Below the pieces are notes generated by a model. It searched no databases and was not told the DNA's origin. It saw only the letters and a program-made list of their open reading frames with translations. 64,000 nt of DNA from Nanobdellota archaeon (GTDB lineage Archaea; Nanobdellota; Nanobdellia; Pacearchaeales; GW2011-AR1). Both the position numbers and the translations under genes were made by a program. Location: positions 2,521 to 66,520 of the forward strand of contig JBBSWO010000008.1 of assembly GCA_038046245.1 (NCBI GenBank). Direction: 5' to 3'. Below are positions 58,701 through 64,000 of this stretch, in pieces; position 1 is the first letter of the stretch; each line of letters starts with the position of its first letter.

Positions 58701-60120
58701 TAGGAGCTTTACTGTCAACAATGTCTAATTCATAATGATGTGTTTCTACATTATCGCATCCATCACTTGCCCAATATTCAATTAAGTGGCAGGAGTCTTG
58801 AGTTAAACTTAACTTTACTGCTTCACTTGGTTCACCTGTTCCAGAAGATTGAAGCGTCCATTCAGGAGCTTCAGATGTGCAATCTTGACTATACCATATA
58901 TTATAGTGTACAATAGGATTTCCAGAAATTTCGTGATCTGGTGTATCTGGATCAGTTGCATTAAGTGTTATTTCTGTTCCAGGCTTTACATAATAGCAAC
59001 CATCTGTTAGTGTTTTACCGTCTGCTGATTCGAAGTTGCATGTCTTAGAAACATCTCCAGCAAAACTAATTGTTTTCGTGGTTACAGGAGGTAAGGTATC
59101 TTTTATGAAAGAAATTAAAGGATTGGAAGGTAGGCCAAGTTTACCCCAGTTTTCTTGGGTGTCTTTTCCATGAAGTTCAACGTAGTGTGTTCCTTCACTT
59201 AATTGACTCAAATCAATTGTTGTTTGAACATCTTCACAATTTTCATCTCTATAACTTCCGTCAGTGGCAGCCATAACTATTCCTCCCCAATTTACTGGGC
59301 TGTGATCATCAATGAAATACTCAGCTAATTGTATGGCTGATTGTTTATCACAAACATTTGCAGTTAACAAAGGATTATTTCCACAGACAAGTAATTCACT
59401 AGGATTACATTGTTCGTTAAGTGCAATTCCTCTTTGTGTGTCTGTATTTTGTCCAGGCAGGCAAGTTGGATATTCTGGAGGTAAGCAGTCGACATTTATC
59501 TGAATGACTTTACAAGAAACTTCCCAGTTTCCTTCAGAATCTTGTCCTCTGACATAAACATTAATACTCCCATCAACAACATTCACTTCATCTTTCATAA
59601 CTGCTTCAATCAAAGAGTCATAATTTCCATCCGTTGCAGAAAGCGTTTTTCCTGTTCCAGGAGTTTCGCAGCCTGTCGTAAAATATTCAGAAGTTAATAT
59701 GAGAGAACATTGATCGGTTTCTGTTGCCTCAATTTTTATTTGGCAGGCATTGATAACCTTTGTCGCAACCAAATTGCTTGTTACGGGGGGAGTATTGTCT
59801 GGTAATTTGTTGGTAACGCAAGATTTGGTTTCTGTATTACAAACCCCAACAGTGCATGTATTGTCTCCAGATTGAGTGCAGTCAGTCGTAGAAGAAGTAG
59901 GTTGACATGATCCTTCAACACATATATTAGTGTTATGAATTAAATTATTTCCTTCACAAACATAATTTTCTAGCCCGCAATTTGGGTCATTGATACAAGC
60001 TGTAAGACAATCAGAGTCTGTAGAACAAGTCCAAGCAGTAACAGAGCCCACAGAATTAATAGTGACGGTCAAAACAGCTAGTGCAAACAAAAATACAATG
60101 AGCACCTTTTTTTCAACCAT
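55780..60120 (-). CDS. Large acidic Cys-rich secreted protein with tandem Ig-like repeats and an inserted beta-propeller-like region
   Basis: Signal peptide; repeats ending D-S-C/L-H-x-L/I-E-Y/F/W..D-LGN-E with PHP motifs; GLAFDG/GLAYDG/GIAVGG blades. Confidence 0.8.
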   Translation of the reverse strand: MVEKKVLIVFLFALAVLTVTINSVGSVTAWTCSTDSDCLTACINDPNCGLENYVCEGNNLIHNTNICVEGSCQPTSSTTDCTQSGDNTCTVGVCNTETKSCVTNKLPDNTPPVTSNLVATKVINACQIKIEATETDQCSLILTSEYFTTGCETPGTGKTLSATDGNYDSLIEAVMKDEVNVVDGSINVYVRGQDSEGNWEVSCKVIQINVDCLPPEYPTCLPGQNTDTQRGIALNEQCNPSELLVCGNNPLLTANVCDKQSAIQLAEYFIDDHSPVNWGGIVMAATDGSYRDENCEDVQTTIDLSQLSEGTHYVELHGKDTQENWGKLGLPSNPLISFIKDTLPPVTTKTISFAGDVSKTCNFESADGKTLTDGCYYVKPGTEITLNATDPDTPDHEISGNPIVHYNIWYSQDCTSEAPEWTLQSSGTGEPSEAVKLSLTQDSCHLIEYWASDGCDNVETHHYELDIVDSKAPITTKEVGNPKIVCEASDGGNDEQFVPNDINVPSPGTNLRQITGANPSQCGINVGLAFDGTNLIMTCYYNNKLDLLSPSDGSLVNTISVTGKTSLGAAAWDATRNKLWVCSNFNNVILVDLSDGSSQDMFVSGGCFDGLAYDGSDDTIWTSPDASSPVSHYKTDGTFIESFPVNLGGYGNSGIAVGGSKLYLANNGGSQIYEATKDFTSINLFATFPERLEDMECDDLTFASQGVGAIWSQDAYDRIINAYAIPQGQCGFGGLPPEPQDLQCDYFISGGTPIELSCADQSPHPIDQVSLHYRYRFNDNCANLDQSEWTEWFSYEEPIYFPQDSCHQLEYYCADALGNTEETQSEIDVVDSKSPTIEKEIVGPSYGQCPPQPDSNDVCYLDGVTEIHVKVTDSQPHPVGGIECKWSYTVNDGESILGEEGLGDNFVIHFPEESRHNLLIECKDALGNEVRDFETFIVDKTKPLTTKTYGTPFVTDQVYDWITSATNINLAAIDQEPHPSGVSEINYRVTPLDVSDEACVAKCDFEGSGEWTSHEGNSVDFKIPEDSCHLIEFYAVDNVEKTEAVKKQCVFVDNEPPKTDKLIGEPKFECDDETGKCGEESEWQAWFVTSQTPVTLSCDDVQPHPVDHEQLCFRVSWHPIDGPSGYITQEYAGDNQLTENGYYCVATEEGKYTFNFKEDSLHNLEWYCKDALGNQNEAQIEWDNVDDVPPTIIVRNPTQSEASDVNKCVQSIVVSISDAKSGINDSSVVAELKNSSGIVVKTVQLKKQQYGNTFTYEGLMEKDLPAGEYTLIITAKDNLGNENSASVNEHLPEVVNVEYISPSTCLVDPVNGGSCDFTFNLCMRGGNTIEFWMDKLGNIVTPAMLNATTSDPQDMDWTFVGMKHIIGTDEGSCVGPDVEWVNGACWFKTDAGDLSLEDMCIDINGRAQFNLHLNLTSEAVQAIGEGVQDLNYWIKSSLMCELPAPN

Positions 60121-60230
60121 TGATTTTCCAGAACTAAAGAGTATTTAAATATTTTTATCTTTTATAACATAATGAAAATTTTTGTCTCGAGTTTTTTATT
60201 ACTCTATCCTAGCAAAAGTTAATGAAAATT

Positions 60231-61010
60231 TCAATACCTTTTCCACAACACCAATTTTCCTTTGTCATCTCTTAAAAATAAGGTGTCTCCTGTTTTCGTC
60301 CAGACATAATCTTTGCCTTCCCAGTACAATATATTATTGGTGTCAGTTTTGTTTCCCACTTCAACAGCGACATCATTTTCCAACACAAAATTTGGAAAAG
60401 TGAAAACTTTTCTGCCCTCGTCCTTGATTTTCCATTCACTCATGTCACATTTGAATGAGCATTTATTAGAAAAAACAACTTTTTGTTCATCAACATTAAA
60501 TTCTTTTAGTTCTATGCAATTAGCGCAGACATCCTCAGATTTCTCGCACAAATTAATGCTTTTTGAGATGCATTCATTCCAAGCCTCCACAAAATCATTG
60601 TAATATTTGTCTTTTCCCTCGGGAAAATAAGGATTTGCAAATCCATTTTTAACAATTTCTAAATTTACATTTTCCCCATTAGCGAAAATATATCTAAGTT
60701 TTCTTCCATATAAATCAAGATTTTGTTTTCCGACTTCCATTTTTACAAATTGGCCCAGAGTCGTATTTTCTGTAAAATTCTTGGCCTGTGAGTAATATAA
60801 CTCGCCTTTTTCAGGGGTATTTATCCCAAGAAGCCTTACGTGAGAACCATTAACAACTATTGTATCTCCATCTATAACTCTCTCGGCAATTCCTACTTCA
60901 TAATTGGACAGCCAGTTTTTCAGCACTTTGTCAAGTATTGGATAATTTGCTCCAAACAGAAAAAGAATTAAGACTAAGAGCAGAAGTTTTTGTTTGTCTC
61001 TAGTTTTCAT
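60231..61010 (-). CDS. Membrane-anchored thermonuclease (SNase) with C-terminal lamin-tail-like domain
   Basis: RVIDGDT, VRLLGINTPE, DLYGR-LRY, N-N-EIV-NG-A; C-terminal W-IKD, VW-K-GD-FLRD-G-LV. Confidence 0.88.
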   Translation of the reverse strand: MKTRDKQKLLLLVLILFLFGANYPILDKVLKNWLSNYEVGIAERVIDGDTIVVNGSHVRLLGINTPEKGELYYSQAKNFTENTTLGQFVKMEVGKQNLDLYGRKLRYIFANGENVNLEIVKNGFANPYFPEGKDKYYNDFVEAWNECISKSINLCEKSEDVCANCIELKEFNVDEQKVVFSNKCSFKCDMSEWKIKDEGRKVFTFPNFVLENDVAVEVGNKTDTNNILYWEGKDYVWTKTGDTLFLRDDKGKLVLWKRY

Positions 61011-61100
61011 GCTTTGCTAAATAACCCTCAATATAAATTAATTCCTGTTTTGAATGATATTCTTTAGAAACATAATTATTATAAATCAATTTGTTTCTCT

Positions 61101-62093
61101 ATGTTAATGGGAGAATTTGTGCTTTTAGCCGACAAAAATTCTAAGGCTTGGGTTTTTGCAGAAAAAATAAAGAGTTATCTGAATTCTAATAAAGAAATAA
61201 ATGTCCCTTTGTACGAACTTGTTGTTACGAAATTCAGGAATGGTGAAATAGGTTTGCACATTAACGAAAATTTAAGAAAAAAAGAAGTTTATTTTATTCA
61301 TGACTCCAGCAAAGATCCTCAGCAATGGTGGGTTGAACTTTTATTGTTAAAAGATCTTCTTTTGAGCTCTTCAGCCGAAAAAGTCACTTTTGTCCTCCCT
61401 AATATCCTCTATAACAGGCAAGATAGGAAAGATAGACCCCATGTTCCTATTTCAGCAAGGGCGTTTGCTGAGTCTATATCTTTTGGTGTTGAAAGAATAA
61501 TAACTATGGACCTTCATGCTGATCAAATACAGGGATTTTATCCTTCCAATGTTCCTGTTGACAATCTGTACAGCTTTCCAGAAGTTGTAAGACATCTAAG
61601 GAAGAATCATCCAGACTATCTAAAAAATCTTGTTGTTGTTTCTCCAGATGCTGGCTCAGGCAAAAGAGCAAAGAAATTCATTAATGCATTAAATAAAGCA
61701 AATAATGAAGATTCTGAAAAACACCATTACGATTTTGCAATCATAGATAAGGAAAGGCAAAAGCCCGGAGAAGTTGCCCAAATGAATCTTGTTGGAGAAG
61801 TTTCTGGAAGGACAGCTCTTATTCCAGACGACATGATTGATACGGGAGGAACTTTATGTGCTGCCTCCCAAATACTGAGGTTAAAAGGGGCAAGAAATAT
61901 TATTTGTTACGGAACTCATGGGATTTTCACAAAGGGGACAACAGAACTTAAAGATCACTTTGATGTTGTGATAACATCAAATACCCATCCTCAAAATCTG
62001 GACGGAGTTGAAGTAATTGACATGTCGTCTATTTTTGCAGAGGCCATTTACCGAGCACAATTTGGTCTTTCAATTTCTAAGCTGTTTGAGTGA
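61101..62093 (+). CDS. prs: Ribose-phosphate pyrophosphokinase
   Basis: F-NGE, Y-RQDR, MDLHA-QIQGF, VSPDAG, DDMIDTGGT, THG. Confidence 0.95.
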   Translation: MLMGEFVLLADKNSKAWVFAEKIKSYLNSNKEINVPLYELVVTKFRNGEIGLHINENLRKKEVYFIHDSSKDPQQWWVELLLLKDLLLSSSAEKVTFVLPNILYNRQDRKDRPHVPISARAFAESISFGVERIITMDLHADQIQGFYPSNVPVDNLYSFPEVVRHLRKNHPDYLKNLVVVSPDAGSGKRAKKFINALNKANNEDSEKHHYDFAIIDKERQKPGEVAQMNLVGEVSGRTALIPDDMIDTGGTLCAASQILRLKGARNIICYGTHGIFTKGTTELKDHFDVVITSNTHPQNLDGVEVIDMSSIFAEAIYRAQFGLSISKLFE

Positions 62094-62148
62094 AAATTGA
62101 TAAGAAAAGGTTTATAAGTATTTTTAATGAGGTATTAATGTAAATGTC

Positions 62149-62232
62149 GCGGGAGTGCCAGAGCGGTCAAATGGGCTGGACTTAAGATCCAGTGGCTTAG
62201 TGCCTGCGCAGGTTCAAATCCTGTCTCCTGCA
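62149..62232 (+). tRNA. tRNA-Leu(TAA)
   Basis: GCGGGAG/CTCCTGC acceptor, CTGGA-CT-TAA-GA-TCCAG anticodon arm, long variable arm, GGTTCAAATCC; no encoded CCA. Confidence 0.95.
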
Positions 62233-62237
62233 TTAAA

Positions 62238-62420
62238 TCACTTTTTATGAATTTTTACTCCAAGCTCTTCAAGCCTTTTGAGATGAACTCTTATCAAAGA
62301 GTCAACAATGCCCACAATTCTTGCCAATTCATTTCTCTCGTTAACAAGTGTGTTTATGGCCCCTTTATGATATCCGATTTCTTCCTCTCTAGGCATGGCT
62401 GGAGTTTCTTGTTTTACCAT
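62238..62420 (-). CDS. Small hypothetical helical protein
   Basis: 60-aa ORF (EEIGYHKGAINTL-ERNEL) with TATA-like tttataaa about 25 nt upstream. Confidence 0.65.
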   Translation of the reverse strand: MVKQETPAMPREEEIGYHKGAINTLVNERNELARIVGIVDSLIRVHLKRLEELGVKIHKK

Positions 62421-62515
62421 GCAAGATTTAGCAATAATTTATTTATAAAGGTTTAGAGGAAAAACACTTCAGGCTTTAAGGGAAGGTTTAAAAGGCAAGC
62501 AAAAGGCCAATTATA

Positions 62516-62797
62516 ATGACAAACAGTACAAATAAACCATATTCTCCAAGAAGCGAAGTTATTGGTTTTATTGAAAGAGTCTTAAAAGGAATGGACAAAG
62601 AAGAATTAGTTAGACTTTTTACTAAATCAAGCAGGGGAATAGTCTCTTCTGTAGAAGAAGCAATTAATGCAGTTAAAGAAGGAACTTCATTTGGAAGGCA
62701 AATTTATGGGCTAGCGGAGCAAAAATATAATGCCCATCCAAGAAAAAGAGGCACAAGTCTTAATGAGCCATTTTCTAAGCATTACGAAAATGATTAG
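62516..62797 (+). CDS. Hypothetical protein
   Basis: 93-aa ORF preceded by gaaggTTTAAAA about 25 nt upstream. Confidence 0.6.
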   Translation: MTNSTNKPYSPRSEVIGFIERVLKGMDKEELVRLFTKSSRGIVSSVEEAINAVKEGTSFGRQIYGLAEQKYNAHPRKRGTSLNEPFSKHYEND

Positions 62798-62837
62798 TTT
62801 TCAAAATATTTATTAACAATATTTTATTCTTTAATTC

Positions 62838-63395
62838 ATGAGAAAAATTCTTTTTGTCGGAATGCCTGGCTCAGGAAAAGGAACGCAGGCTGATTTTCTT
62901 AAAAAACGGGGGTTTGCACATATTTCAACTGGAGATTTGATAAGAAAAGGATGGAAAAGAAAAGATCCATTAGTCATGCCTTACCGGGAAAGCATTGAAG
63001 CGGGAAATTTCCTTCCAGACAGTGCAGTATTCCCTTTAGTTGAAAAGGCCACAAAAAATACTGAGGGGTTTAAAGGATATATTCTCGACGGCGCAATAAG
63101 AAACTTGAATCAAGCAAAAATATTTGTTCAAAAAGGTTTTTTTGATGAAGTTTTTTTCTTTAAGCTGGATGAAAAAACGGCTATAAAAAGAATAGTGAAC
63201 CGGGCAAAAAAATCCAAAGAAAAAAGAAAAGATGACTCATCAGATGTGATAAAAAAAAGGTTTGATGTCTATTATTCTGAAACGCAGCCGATTTTAGATT
63301 TTCTGAAAACAAAAACAAAATACCATGAGATAGATGCCTCGCCTTCTCCAGAAAAAATTCACAGGGAAGTTTTGAAAGAGTTGGGAATTAAGTAA
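62838..63395 (+). CDS. adk: Adenylate kinase, bacterial-type short-LID NMP kinase
   Basis: GMPGSGKGTQA, HISTGDLIR, GYILDG-R, R-DD. Confidence 0.9.
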   Translation: MRKILFVGMPGSGKGTQADFLKKRGFAHISTGDLIRKGWKRKDPLVMPYRESIEAGNFLPDSAVFPLVEKATKNTEGFKGYILDGAIRNLNQAKIFVQKGFFDEVFFFKLDEKTAIKRIVNRAKKSKEKRKDDSSDVIKKRFDVYYSETQPILDFLKTKTKYHEIDASPSPEKIHREVLKELGIK

Positions 63396-63426
63396 GTTTT
63401 ATTAACTATTTTTCCATCATTACACC

Positions 63427-64000
63427 ATGAAAAAATTAGTGGTTGATGTTCTTGAAAAAGCTTTGAAAAATAAGGGCATAAAAATATCAAGAGAAGAAAT
63501 AGAAGAGAAAATCGGTGTTCCCCCATCACAGGATATGGGAGATTATTCTTTTCCATGCTTTTTTCTTGCGGAAAAACTAAAAGATAATCCTCATGAGATA
63601 GCGCTGGAGCTGCTTGAAAAAATAAAAACTCCAAAGGCAACAGATTTCGATGATATACAGGTTGCAGGCCCTTACATAAACTTTTTTATAGACAGAAAAA
63701 ATCTTGCAAGAAAAGTTGTCTGGGAAACAATAAGCCAGAAGAAAAAATACGGTGCTGAAAAAATTGGTGCAGGGAAAAAATTAATCGTTGAATTTTCCTC
63801 TCCCAACATTGCAAAGCCTTTTGGAATTGGTCATCTTAGAGGCACAATAATCGGAAATTCAATTGCAAACATAGCAGAGTTTCTTGGATATAAAGTTGTA
63901 AGAATTAATTACCTTGGTGACTGGGGCTCACAATTTGGAAAAGTTTTGTTTGGATATGAAAAATTCGGGAACGAAAAAAAGTTTATGAAAAACCCAATAG
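63427..64000 (+). CDS. argS: Arginine--tRNA ligase, 5' part (runs off window)
   Basis: Manual translation: GDYSFPCF, GPYINFF, VEFSSPNIAKPFGIGHLR-TIIG, INYLGDWGSQFG. Confidence 0.93.
   Translation, partial: MKKLVVDVLEKALKNKGIKISREEIEEKIGVPPSQDMGDYSFPCFFLAEKLKDNPHEIALELLEKIKTPKATDFDDIQVAGPYINFFIDRKNLARKVVWETISQKKKYGAEKIGAGKKLIVEFSSPNIAKPFGIGHLRGTIIGNSIANIAEFLGYKVVRINYLGDWGSQFGKVLFGYEKFGNEKKFMKNPI

Noticed and set aside
1-64000. CRISPR arrays, IS elements, integrases, prophage or rRNA
   Set aside because: No regularly spaced repeats, transposase/integrase motifs, tRNA-end duplications or rRNA-like sequence seen

Overview
AT-rich, gene-dense archaeal chromosome segment. The gene content, compactness and short BRE/TATA promoters about 25 bp upstream of start codons suggest a DPANN archaeon, probably Pacearchaeota/Woesearchaeota-like (inference, not a database result). 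Housekeeping backbone: exosome/proteasome superoperon (pop5-psmA-SBDS-rrp4-rrp41-rrp42-rpoK-eno-rps2), RNase J, OFOR alpha/beta, mre11-rad50, psmB-aCPSF1, presenilin, TrmB, CCA enzyme, oapABC, rtcB/archease, prs, adk, argS. RNA genes: tRNA-Arg(GCG) with a 47-nt BHB intron, tRNA-Leu(TAA) and a divergent SRP RNA. A roughly 29 kb minus-strand surface-structure region holds a type IV pilus locus with 7 pilin-like genes and several large Cys-rich, PKD, protease and nuclease surface proteins. Most unusual are single bacterial-type genes inserted in the archaeal backbone: (1) a sigma-54 (RpoN) homologue keeping Region I, the HTH and the RpoN box but apparently lacking the RNAP core-binding domain; (2) a signal-peptide beta-barrel-like protein ending in a BAM-type C-terminal Phe, in an organism expected to have no outer membrane; (3) an atypical transmembrane Ser/Thr kinase coupled to a small AbrB-like gene missed by the ORF track; (4) a subtilase carrying both dockerin and cohesin-like modules. 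Together they may form a host-interaction toolkit aimed at bacteria; this is a hypothesis. All family calls are by-eye motif recognition.
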